Positions 48,471 to 60,855 of a stretch of DNA of 64,000 nucleotides are shown here, piece after piece (position 1 is the stretch's first letter; each line of letters begins with the position of its first letter). The translations under genes and the position numbers were made by a program. A model generated the notes under the pieces. The model had not been told where the DNA came from and made no database searches. It saw only the letters and a list, made by a program, of their open reading frames with translations. The stretch is taken from assembly GCF_964204645.1 (NCBI RefSeq), contig NC_134027.1, forward strand, positions 18,996,560-19,060,559. Direction: 5' to 3'. This stretch comes from Tubulanus polymorphus (taxonomy: Eukaryota; Animalia; Nemertea).

Positions 48471-48796
48471 CATCCTCGCTTGCCAGGGGTCCGGTATCAC
48501 TCCCGAACTCGCTTCCACCAGCCCCTGGCCTCACGAAGCGTGATTTCATTACTGGCGCTGTTGCGCGTGACGTCATATATCGATTTGCGAAATACTTCCT
48601 TGTTCGGTAAAACGTTCGCTGATTGGTTGATTTAACGGGAAAACCAACAGAAGTCTACTGACGGATTGTTACAAGCGCTGTGATTGGTTCGACCGGATTC
48701 TGGTCGGCTAGTAACGACTCCAACGACTCGTGAGGTCAAGGGGTTTGGGGAACAGCTTTAGCGTAGTGGGTCCGAATCCCTTGACGGGTGAAGATG
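48471..48796. mobile_element. Second, inverted copy of the 327-bp CAT-ended MITE, with a 9-bp TSD
   Basis: gcctgcact|catcctcg...gtgaagatg|gcctgcact; reverse-complement match to 33139-33465. Confidence 0.88.
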
Positions 48797-49414
48797 GCCT
48801 GCACTGTAAATCTCAAGTACCAACCGGTGCCGTTTTTGGACCTCCATTTGAGTCGGCCTTTAAGTTCATCGGTCGACCAGGCGCTGATCCAGGGCCATAC
48901 AGTGACTAGAGTACAGCACAGTGAAAAAAGGGCACCAACTTTGAAAAGGGCCAGTATTAATGCCCAACGAGCGAGTTTGAGTTTGGGTGCCATTCATTGG
49001 TATCATGCCACTAAATTTGTCTTCACATTCGCTTGTGCCTTTTTCGATTAAATTTATAGAGCGATAATAATTTCCTTTTTTAGAATAGTGCCCTTTTGAG
49101 CAAAAAAATGCCTTAGATTGCCGTTTATGATTTTGGGCAATCTATTTCATTCACATTTTGCTTTAGGCCTAGTACAGAAAGGCAATTATTTTTTTTATGA
49201 CGCACAAATTGTGTGCCCTTTTATTTACTTTTTTCCGGAAACATAAATTTTTCAAGGGCATTTGAAAACTGCGACTACCGACCGCACGTGCTGCATGTGC
49301 GATAGTCTGGATCCGCGCCTGCCGACGAGAAAAACGATATATTATAGGAGAACGAAAACGCAGATGAACGAAACAACATCTGAATAACGATATAACGGAA
49401 TCCGAAACGAAATA

Positions 49415-49627
49415 TATTAATTGATTCTCTTTACGTACAGCCTATTTATTGTAAATGAAAAACACATAATTATTGCCAGAATAACGATACTATTTATATC
49501 TATTCACTTCTTATTGTATGTTTTGATATTTTGTTATATATACATGTAGCCTATATTCTATGAACCTCCTTATACTATCATAGTCAGGAGAATAAAAGTT
49601 GAATCTAATCTAATCTAATCTAATCTA
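49415..49627 (+). mobile_element. LINE 3' UTR fragment with AATAAA and (ATCTA)n tail
   Basis: Near-identical to 43986-44180. Confidence 0.65.
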
Positions 49628-50807
49628 AACCAACGTACGACATCCGGAGTGCATCGTCCAGGTTTCGGGAATCTAGACCGGTAACCAGTCTATGAAGAAG
49701 ATAGACCGGTAACCAGTCTTACAAATAATGACGAACTTTGTTGAAAGGTCGCGTGGAGTCTTAATAATTGACTTCCGGTGTCTGTGAAAAGGGCTGCGTG
49801 AAAAGGGCAATGCTAATTCAAAAATTCCCCTCTGGAGGCCGAATCTGTTTGAGGTTTGTCTGAATACCATCTGAGATAATCGAACGGCTTACCTACCTCT
49901 ACTCTAGAACGGTTGTTTCGAGAACGACGGCTAGTAGAGGTATATCGTGGCTAAATGAATTGAATGAAACGACAACGTCAACGTTCGCCGTTGGCTTTAC
50001 CACAGGCACAGGGTCCAGTAGTTAGTTACCTAATCGTTGGTGGTAAGCTTTTATAATCGGATGGGCTTATACCAACGTTAGGGATGACAAGGGCCAAAAC
50101 ACGGTTGAAAAAAGTAACACTTCAAAAATATACTTTCTATCCACTTCAGTCCACAATTAATGGCTTATTTCACAAACTTACACAGGTACCTTTCGAAATA
50201 ATCCAATTTTATGCATGTTTCGAGTGATTAATCAACATTATTTTGAGAAATTGATTAATTTCTCCACAAATTTCGCCATTGGCCGCCATTTCTCTGTATT
50301 GCACATGTGGCATGATAAGACAAGGGGACCTACAAGGATTTATATAAAACTTCCAAGACGAAACGACAATTTTTATTTTTGATGGTTTTCCAACCTATAT
50401 TTCAAATCTTCGTGTTTTCCTTAATTAATATTTAAATAATAAATTCTGGTAAAAGAAAAATGTGAATAAGTGTTGATTTCTTAATATTTTTCAATTTCGT
50501 CGTTTCGCTTTGTTAGTTTGTGCTGTTGTCCTGGCCTCAGTCCACAGGTGCCAGCACCTCCAGTAATTTTCAAAATGGCAGCTGTTGACTCTACGGAAAT
50601 TTACTCTCACTTTACGGTCGATTTGCACATGGATTAAGATCGTCAGGTGAGGTGTTATAGGTATCAGACAAACTACGAATCTGTTGTGCGTCGATTACAA
50701 CAAAAATTAGACGGATATCTTAAGAGACAATGAAATGCCAGGCAAATTACTCGTCAGTCAAATTGGCTGACGAAGATTTCATACAAAAATGACCTTCCCA
50801 TTCCTGA

Positions 50808-51101
50808 CTGTGGTTTGTGAAAATATCCGATTGTGAAACTAAACCACAGACAGGTTACTGACTAAGGGTCCAGGGACTTGACACAAAAGGATTTTGACCC
50901 CCAGTATCCTAAATTTAGTACCATATAATATGTAATAGATGAAATCTAAGTGACGGACATTTCGTCTCTGCAGCTTTCTTCATACGACGAAGATTAAGAA
51001 ATCATAGCCATTTTAAAACAACCTCGTTCACGTATGGATAGTCAGTAGGCCTAACCTGTCTGTGGTTTAGTTTCACGATCGGTTATTTTCACAAACCACA
51101 G
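50808..51101. repeat. MITE-like element with ~50-bp inverted repeats
   Basis: ctgtggtttgtgaaaata...accacagacaggtta versus taacctgtctgtggt...tcacaaaccacag; no TSD seen. Confidence 0.6.
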
Positions 51102-51496
51102 CATAACATATTTATTTATTCCTTATCGATTTTAACACTTGAAATCATGTTATATCAGTAATAAATACCTTCTAGAGTCATATTTTACATATTTTTTTTT
51201 TTTTTTAAATTTTGACTTCAAATACGTAAACTCGGTTAGGAATAAAATTTCATTGGATTTGATTGATCGACGATCTCATCTCGGTAAAGTTAAAAGTTAT
51301 TTTTCTACAAAAGTATCCGACAAAATATGTAAAATATGACTCCAGCAGGCATTTATTATTGATATAATATGATTTCAATGGTTAAAATCGATATGGAATA
51401 AATGAATATGTTATATTTAATTTCATCTCGGTTCATCTCGGTAAAATACATCATCTTGGTAATAAGGATGACCGTGTTTTTTTGCCCAAAAATTTG

Positions 51497-51772
51497 GGTG
51501 TTACTAAAACTATGCACTACTAAAACGAAGACCGAAGACCTATGCGCTTTGCGAGACTAAAACTATGCATGACTAAAACGAAGACCGAAAACCTATGCAC
51601 CATTAGAAATCATAACTAGGGGCGCTATCTGTATATTCATCCACCTCTGTCGATGAGTATAGGCAATAGGGACCTACTTGATATAAACATACATAAGGAA
51701 ACGTAAAATGTTCGATTATTTTTCTCGGGTGCATAGTCTTCGTTTTAGTAGTGTATAGTTTTAGTAACACCC
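51497..51772. mobile_element. MITE with ~38-bp TIRs (GGGTGTTACTAAAAC...)
   Basis: gggtgttactaaaactatgcactactaaaacgaagac / gtcttcgttttagtagtgtatagttttagtaacaccc; internal subrepeats. Confidence 0.7.
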
Positions 51773-51926
51773 ACACACGCAAAACTAAAACTATGCATGA
51801 CTAAAACGATTTTACCGTATACGCCAGAGTGTTTATATGGTCACTGATTGGGTGATTTACTTCGTGCATGGAGATGCACGACTTAAAAATTTGAGGAAAG
51901 TATGGGGAACAGAGTTAGAGAAAATA

Positions 51927-52001
51927 GAGCGGATAGAGCGAGACTCGAACCGGGGCCAGTAAATTACAAGCGCAGCGTCTTGCCACTAGACCATTGTGCT
52001 C
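51927..52001 (-). pseudogene. tRNA-derived sequence (SINE head or tRNA pseudogene)
   Basis: A box TGGTCTAGTGG and B box GGTTCGAGTC at tRNA spacing, but the anticodon and T stems do not pair. A related degenerate copy lies at ~52808-52866. Confidence 0.5.
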
Positions 52002-52548
52002 GCTGAAAACAAAGTGAATGTTTTAACTAGATAGTACCTTACACTTATTCTATCCCTGTGGAACCCTAACCCTAAACCCAATGAAATTGTTACTTTCATT
52101 AGTTGATACTATAATATATAGTAATGATGTACGGTAAAACGGTAAAAAAGACATTTTGCCGTATACAGATGAATATCCACTTCGATAGATGAAATATATA
52201 AGTGACGGACGCCATGGTCAATGCTTGATTCAATTTTTCATAGTAAGAAATCATTAGCGATTCGATAACAACCTCATTCACGTGCGGGTGTTACGAAAAC
52301 ACTCAAAATATGGTCAGTGACTTAGTGATTAGTAAGGAACACAGTGTTGTCAATGAAACTGGAAAGAAAATCAACTCTACTTTCATTTCATATTGAAATC
52401 GTACGGTAGATTTGGGCCCATAGCATTGAATTAATAAAGAAATTAAATCAAGTCTTATTTAGTTAAAACTTGGAAAATTGAAAACTAATGCCAGAGTTAA
52501 GGGGTGGATAGAAAAGAAGATGAAACTGTAAATCTAAGGTTTAATTCA

Positions 52549-52762
52549 TTTTTAGCCCACTTCGGACTTTTGTCCCAGCGGGCTATTGCATTCGCTTTTC
52601 GTCTGTCTTCCGTCCGTAGACGGAATCCAGCTATTTTGGGAAGTTTTGAAGACGCTTCAAAGTAATGTCTTGTTATTTGGATTACACATGTGATGTATCT
52701 ACCTTGATTGTTGAGCATTTGAAACCACTTCCAAAGTGGGCATGGTGTCCCTGGACTCCTAG
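52549..52762 (+). mobile_element. Internally deleted HINE, family C
   Basis: TTTTTAGCCCACTT start and aagtgggc-atggtgtccctggactc-CTAG|TT end, as in 57616-58894. Confidence 0.75.
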
Positions 52763-53639
52763 TTATAAGTTGTGCTACCCTTGACAGTGGTCCCTGGATC
52801 CGCCCCTGGGGCCAGTAAATTACTAGTGCATCATCACACCACCAGTCCACCGAGCTAGCTGAAAACCAACCAAATGTTTCAACTACATGAATCAGGCATA
52901 ACCCTAACCTCTCGGTTCCCATAACTGTAATACCTTCCAACAGGTGGCGTTATCTGGCTTTCCTGCTTCCAGTTTCATAGTGGGGTTCTGTTAGGATGTC
53001 AATTGATTACTCTCGATTAATTGTGGTGGTTTAACCTGAAGAAAACACAAACATTGATTCTCTGATAGGTTCCCCTAACCTCTATCTCTTAACCTAACCC
53101 TCTGGACCCTAAACCCATCGGAACCCTAACCCTAAACCCATTGAAATGTTTTTATTGGTTTACCTTTTTCAGCGATATGAAGTTGCCATTGAGCCAGTTC
53201 AAATCGCGGTACGTTTTTTTTAATGTGAGCATATGTTTAATTGGTTCTCGGCCTAAACGACGTATAATCGATGCGATTGAAGACATAGCGAACCTTCGTC
53301 GATGACATGGTCAACTTTGTTTAAATTCGACGAAAAACTGTTTTTGGCGGGAAAATCTTTATCTTGCGTATAAAATTGCAATGACCTCGATTGGGGGGTG
53401 TTGTCTCTACGAGCGAATGTGATTGGCTGTTTCTGGGATAATACGGGGAATTCCGGTGCTATTATAATAACCATGGGAAAGCTATAAATGGCGAATGTTT
53501 GATTGGACCAGGTGCCGTAAACGTGCGAATTCCAAATGCTCATTGCTGGTGAGAATTATTTCACATATCCGCCATAGGTATTGTGATACTGTACCGCTTC
53601 ATGCTGGCGCGTGCACGTTTGACATGAAAATACGCTTTA

Positions 53640-54134
53640 GGCCGTCCCAAATAATTGCCAAATTTCTGGCCAAAAAAAATAAATTGATCACCTTTTCTTA
53701 CATGGAAACAATATCACAAATCTGCATTTTGCACGGGAAATTTGTATTTAGCCTAGATTTTAAGAATAATTCTAAAATTATAACTTCGTCCAGAGAGTCA
53801 TCTCTGTGTTCAAAATGAAATAGTACATTGAATATATGCGCGCTTTTACGTTACCAGCTTAAATGTAGTCACTAAGAATGAGTGGCAGCTAATTGGAACA
53901 CTGCCAGTTTCCTGAAAAACTTAAACTAGGCAACACGTCAAGGCATGTTTTCACACTTCAAACATACGTAGTTTCACACTTCAAACATACGTAGCTCATA
54001 CATCGACAGTGGGTCGGCCATTTTTATAAAAGATAAGATCTATTTCAATGAATCGCAGAGAAAAGTTTTCACTCGGCACCTTTGAAGTGGGGTCGGTCGG
54101 ATTAGGGCAAACAGACCATTATTTTGGGATGGCC
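53640..54134. mobile_element. MITE with ~16-bp TIRs flanked by TA
   Basis: ta|ggccgtcccaaataat ... attattttgggatggcc|ta. Confidence 0.55.
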
Positions 54135-55336
54135 TAATGAATAATACTTTAAACTTTTATAGCAGAAGATGAGCGCTGTGTTTCCTGTTTGATAGAATTT
54201 GTAATAAATTGTAATTTCTTGTGACCTGAAAATACTAAACAGCAAAGTAGGTTTAGGTCTGAATATTTTAGTGGTAAAATCCAGGATTTATAACAATCTA
54301 CTTACATACGCCGATTTTTTACGTACCGCTATTTTAGCTTCTGCAGCCATACACTGGAAGAGATTTCCAAGACTCAATATTCAGCCACCCTCTGATTGGT
54401 GACATCATATGAATTTTATTCTAATATTTTTTCATATTGTGAAAAATATTTTTTCATATTGTGAAAAATATTTTTTCAAAATATAAAATAGTTTCCTTAC
54501 CGCATCTATATGTAGCCTACTCAATGTTGTACATGGACCGTAAACAATGTGTATCTTTGGTCTTATTGGAATACAAAATAATTCTTTGAGAAAGATAAAA
54601 TACAATATAAACTTATAGAACTTTGAAGTCACGAATTAAAAAGATTTTTCAGAAGTAATGCTCGTGCTCCAAACAACCTCTAGCTTTTTCAGGGTAAACC
54701 ACACTTTGGCCATGGGCAATTTTTAGTTGCTTTTATTATTAGTTAATATCATAATATAAAGCAATGATGTACAGTAAAATAGTGGATGTAAACACTCTGC
54801 CGTATAGGACCTACGGTAAATATCCACTTCGAATTGTAAAATAAACAATGTGTGATGGACGGCGTATTTGACGACAGAAACGCTTCAAGAAGAAGATCAA
54901 CATTAACTAATAACAGCACAACCCGATTCATACACCGCACTGCGGTGTAGACGCGCTGAAAAGGTTAAGAGATCGTCACGATTCTGATATAAAAACCGGG
55001 CCAAAAATCTACTGTCTAGTGAAGATATAAAATAAATCACTGCATTGGATTCCGTGAGACTTTCTGAAGCTAGAACAGTGATTTGTAATTCAGTAGATTG
55101 CCTCAATCACGAGAGCTCGTGGATCTGCACTTTAACCAAGCCACCCCTTTCATTTTTACATCCACCCAAGAATGACCTCTCCATTTCAATTGACTGTAAT
55201 TCCAAAAATTCTCAACCGATTCATATGAAATTAGCTTCAATACGAACTGGGCTAGAAGACTTTCTGCTTCCAATGAGCCACGATAACCATCATTAAAGGC
55301 CTACAAAAAAAATCTCACCACAGAATCAAGTGGTAG

Positions 55337-56391
55337 ATACACATGTATCTACCCTAGAGACATCTTCAGCCCAAAAACTGGCCCTGTCAGAATCAAGATG
55401 GCCGACTGGCAGCAATTGTTGTTCGCCAAAATCAGCACATTTTACACATTTTTGAGGAAAATTTTGAAGACGCTTTGATCAATTACCTTGATCTTTTGTC
55501 TATATTTGTGACCTTTTTAGTGTCCAAAATTTTAAATTTTGGTCTGAATTCTGAGTCCTGTAGCTTCCTACCGGTTCGCCACTTTTCATCGAAATTTGTG
55601 ATGGGTATTCTGTGGAAAGGGATCTTTAATACGTATATGAGACATGTCTTTTTGATCAGCCAATAATCAGGCATCATAGTGGCCATCATAGTGTCATCAG
55701 TACTCATTCGTTTGTGGAAAAAAGTTTTAATAGGAAAAAGTTAACAGGTTTTTACTTATAGTCTTGATATTTGATTATCATTAGCACTGTCATATTGGAA
55801 TTGAAATCGCCTGATTCTTTGTTCTTGCCATTGAATATTGAATGATTTACAATTTGTCTATTTATATTGGTACCTATGCATATTTTGTAATCACAATCAA
55901 TTGCAAAGTTGTAGCTCATGACTTGTTCTGTGATTCTGGTGAGTTTCAAGGTCATTAGTTATTCTATATGGTCACCAGGGGGCATTGAATAGTATTATTT
56001 TTATTATAATTGTTTCTTAGTATCTAATATCTTCTTATTATAATTGTACCTAGGCGTACTTTGTTACCATAGGCCTAATCAATTACAAAATTTTAGCTCA
56101 TGACATGTTCTGTGATTGTGGTGAGTTTCAAGGTCATTGGGTTTTGCATATGGTCTCCAGGTGTCGTTGAATAGTTGAATAACTTAGTATTTCCATATTG
56201 GTACCGAGGCATGTATTGTTATCACAATCAATTGCAAAATTGTAGCTGCTGACATGTTCGATGATTGAGGGGAGTTTCAACGTCATTGGTTTTTGTATAT
56301 GGTCACCAGGGGGCGTTGAATATTGAAATTGTTAGATTATGGAGAATTTGAAACCACTAACCATGTGGGCATGGTTTCCCTGGACCCCTAG
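55337..56391 (+). mobile_element. 5'-truncated HINE family C with internal ~175-bp tandem repeats (further fragment to ~56690)
   Basis: Colinear with 57771-58894; ends gtgggcatggtttccctggacccctag. Confidence 0.75.
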
Positions 56392-57615
56392 ATTTTTGAT
56401 TAAGTTACTTCTTTTATCATGAATAATCATTTAAACTATTATAGCAGAAGATGAGCTATGTGTGTGTGTTTTCTGTCGGGCAGAAATTGTAATAAAATTT
56501 GTATATTGTCACCGTATTTGGGGGATGTGTGAGGTTGAATTGGATAGCTGAATAACTTAATATTTTCATATTGTATTGGTTCTTAGGAATACTTTGTTAG
56601 GCTACCTCAATCAGTTGCAAAATTGTAGCTCGTGACGTGTTCTATGATTGTGGCACTTCCCAAGTTGGCATGGTGTCCCTGGACCCCTAACAAAGTGATG
56701 CATAAAAAAACTTTTGGATGATAATCGCAGGGAATGGCCTAATATTTCACAGGAACACCTGCAGTATTGCCATTGAGAGAATAATGAATAAAGAGTATGT
56801 CTAAATTCATGAAATCCATTTTGTTTTCAGATAATGGGGTTGTTGTCGGATACAAAAAATCGTCATAAATTGGCTGAACTGCTGCATAATCATAATAGTA
56901 TATTGAGTACTGTTTGTTATATCGGAGGATTTGTAGCTTTTCTACTAATGGCTCATATGCCGTTTAATAACAGTACATACTTCTCCGAAAATGCTTTGCT
57001 GCCAGGTGAGTGAAAATCATTAAAGCTCCAAACAAGGTCTGACTTCAGTTGCATGGAAAGTTTAAGCTTAAAACATTTATGTTAGTTAGAATTGTTGAAA
57101 ATATGAAGTAACCAATACCAATTAATCAAAAGCATGAGTCTTTCTTTTTTGTGAAACTGGGTCCTGGCTACGTTGTAATGCACTCAGCTTTTCTTCCCCA
57201 CCTTATATAGAATTCCTCAACAGTAATAAGTTTTACAGTGGTAGCTCACTGCTATAGCTATGTATGAGGGTGGAGTTTAAATGTGTACAACCATGTATAA
57301 ACTAGAGTTTATGCGTCCTCTGCTTACTCGGTGACTGAGATTTTCATGTTGAGTGCCTGCCAGAGCATTCTCCATTCTCGAACAACAATTTGGCTGAAGT
57401 TATGATTTCTTAGGTGTGTTCGTTCAAAGGCTACAAACATCTATTCTTGGCTATGCCCTTGTATCGAATGATGCCACGTTAGAGATGATCGATAAATTGA
57501 ATCATCGGTAATAACAGTAGCTCCATCATAGTGGGTATTGAAAACTATGCAATGATAAAAACTTCTTACTTATACAATATAGGCCCGTAGCCTGGAGAAT
57601 TTGCTGGTGGGTTGG

Positions 57616-58894
57616 TTTTTAGCCCACTTGGGACTTTAGTCCCAGCGGGCCATTGCGTTCACTTTTCGTCCGGCGTCCGTGCGTGCGTTCGTCCGTCCGT
57701 CCATAGACGGAATCCAGTTATTTTGGGAAGTGTTGAAGACGGTTCAAGGTAATGTCTTGATATTTGGGTTACACATGTATCTACCCTAGACACATCTTCA
57801 GCCCAAAAACTGGCCCTGTCAGATTCAAGATGGCCGACTGGCAGCCATTGTTGTTCGCCAAAATCAGCATTTTTTACACATTTTTGAACTTTTTGAGGGA
57901 AATTTTGAAGACGCTTTGATCAATTACCTTGATCTTTCGGATATATGTGAATTCCCCCAGGGCCCTTCAGCATAACAAAAATTGGGTCGATCAGACTCAA
58001 GATGGCCGTCCTATGACCTTTTTAGTGCCCAAAAATGTTAATTTTGGCCCAAATTCTGAGTCCTGTAGCTTCCTACTGGTTTATCATTTCTCATTGCAAT
58101 TTGTGATGGGTATTCTTTGGAAAGGGATGTTTTATACCTGAGACAGGTATTTTTCATCAGCCAATTATGACGCAATTGGTGGCCATCTTGGTGTCAGCAG
58201 TACTCGTTCGTAAGTGGGAAAAAGTTTTTCCACATTATATTGATACCTAAGCGTATTTTGTTACCACAATCATTTAGAAAGTTGTAGCTCATAACGTGTT
58301 CTATGATTGTGGTGAGTTTCAAGGTCATTGGTTTTTGTATATGGCCACCAGGGGGCGTTGAATAATGCAATATCTTAGTATTTCTATATTATATTCGTAT
58401 CAATGCATATTTTGTAACCACAATCAATTGCAAAGTTGTAGCTCATGACATCATCTATGATTGTGGTAAGTTTTAAGGCCATTAGTTATTCTATATGGTC
58501 ACCAGGGGCGTTAAATAGTAGAATAACTTAGTATTTCCTTATTATATTGGTACCTAGGCATATTTTGTTACCATGATCAATTACAAAGTTATAGTTCGTG
58601 ACATGTTCTATGATTGTGGTGAGTTTCAAGGTCATTGGGTTTTGAATATGGTCACTAGGAGGCGTTGAATAGTAGAATAACTTAGTATTTCCATATTAAA
58701 GTGGTAACGAGGCATATTTTGTTATCACAATCAATTACCAAATCATAGCTGCTGACATTTTCTATGATTGTGGTGAGTTTCAAGGTCATTGGATTCTGTA
58801 TATGGTCACCAGGGGGCGTTGAATATTGAAATTGTTAGATTGTTGAGCATTTGGAACCACTTCCCAAGTGGGCATGGTGTCCCTGGACCCCTAG
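57616..58894 (+). mobile_element. Full-length HINE (DINE-1-like non-autonomous Helentron), family C, with an internal satellite
   Basis: T-run start; perfect 12-bp subTIR gcccacttggga (57622) / tcccaagtgggc (58862); (GTCC)n microsatellite; about four ~175-bp tandem units; 3' hairpin and CTAG|TT. Confidence 0.85.
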
Positions 58895-60855
58895 TTAATT
58901 TGTTTGGAACAGAACACTGGTCTGGGGCCCTATCTCATGAAAATTATGAAAATTTGATGTTCAGATATGGCCTCTTGAGTGATTTCTGATAACAAAGGTC
59001 TAAGTAAATGAACAAATTCAATATACATATTGAATAACGGCTGTAAGTGAAATGTTTCTGCTTAACATTTCCTGGTGAACGGAACTAAATTTTCTTTTGC
59101 GGGAATCCAAAAATTTCAATGTCTAGAAGGGCGAGGGGGTTAACAAGAAAACCTGACCATCCTTGAAAAATTCGATTAAATTATGTGCTAAAAACAAATT
59201 CACGTGTTCAATTTGATAAGTAGATTCTCAATGAAAACATTTAGACCTGTGAAAATAAGAAATTTGTTATCAAAATTGATTGTGAGCACTCTGATTAGAA
59301 ATTGTCTGAATTGGCATAGCTTCGAATGTTCATAAAAATGGGAAATCTGTCATTGTAGGTATAGTTGATGGGGAATTTTATGGTGGTGCTGATGCGGACA
59401 GTTTTACTAAAGAATACATTAGTGTTCTTAAACAGCAAAAAGGGTAAGATAGAAAAACCTACGTATTTGATCTACCAGGACCTAGTCCCTGTTCTGAGAT
59501 TACATTTCAAGTGTTAAAATTAGTTAACTTCCATTGATTTTAGTCACGGCCGTACAACTCAGCAATTCGTTAGGTTAATGAGCTCTATTATTTTTAATGC
59601 GCTCCTTAGCAACCGTGAAATTGAACTGGAATAACTACAGTCGGCGTACAACAATTGTTTTATTAATGAAACGACATGGTGGATGGTTGAAATCATTTTC
59701 GGCTTAAATTTGTCACGAGTTTTAGGACTTTAATGAATTTCACGAAACCATGATCCCTAAAATAAGACAATTGATTAATTCTATTTGTAAATCAATTTAC
59801 GTTGGCTACATTTCCTGATGATTTCTGGTTCAAATCAACGTAATATGGACAGAAATGGTAGGAATTTTCATACGTGATTTTACTTTCGCGTTCAGTTGAC
59901 AACTCCGATCGATGACAATGACAGCAGAGTTTATGTAATTTAAGGTGAGAATCCGTTAACCAGGGAATGTTTAACATGATTTCTTTAATAATATGAGTAC
60001 ATATGGTAGCAAATGAGTACTCGGTGAAGAAATGGTGATTGTTGGCTACCTACTTAAAGGCCTAGCTTTGGGGATTCGCCAAGAGTAGCTTTAGGCCCTA
60101 AATATAGTGGTAGAGCCAGTCAGTGGAATGCCTAACTACATGGGTTGGTTTACACTCATGTGTGCGACAATTTATTTTGATTACATTCTTTCCAGCTATT
60201 ATTCGTGGAATGAACTGGTCACTACGATCTTCAATTCCTTTGCGGATTCTTGCAGGAATATATTTGGTGGGAATATATTTAAACTACATTGCGCAAGTGT
60301 ACGTTTCAAATCAGGCTTTTTCGACATTGACAGTCAAAGTCGTAACTAACTACTAACTTAAGCGCAACTGTCTCAGATGCTGTAAGTACTTGACGTTTTG
60401 CCTAATTGTTTTTTTCTAATGCCATGTTTACAATATTTGGATTAGTAATCAGTGGTGCTAACGTACATGCAGAATTGGATCCATTGTTATTATGGGATGA
60501 TAATTCATGGGCGTTAAGTGTCCTGCAACATACCCTTGATATGAAGCTTTTTTAATGTTAATCATAGACTTGTTTTGGAGTAAACTGAATAGCCCTTAGA
60601 ATACCAATGCCTCATGGCTTGAAGGTGTCTATGCTCTACGAGACAGTAGTAATAGATTTTCACAACAAACGCATGATTTATAAGATATCTATACTTTATT
60701 TCGCTCCTCTGTGATATTAACTGAGTGATGCTAACATTTGATTGCTTAATTACAGGTGGAAAAAGGTAACATGGCATGAAAATCAACTGTGGCTGACTAA
60801 TTGGCGCGAGTAGATCAAGCGTTGAGGTTTCAAAATGTGTAGCCAAAATGCTTCA

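Noticed and set aside
48455-48935. Candidate piggyBac right TIRs (tggcctgcact; cagtgaaaaaaggg)
   Set aside because: Only partial matches to the putative left end, and no TTAA.
49893-49950. Imperfect palindrome tacctctact...agtagaggta, and a TIR-like remnant near 57290, as further P-like footprints
   Set aside because: Ends and TSDs are too decayed to support the call.
52060-53140. ccctaaccctaaaccc as an interstitial telomere
   Set aside because: Only two or three degenerate units inside a dispersed repeat.
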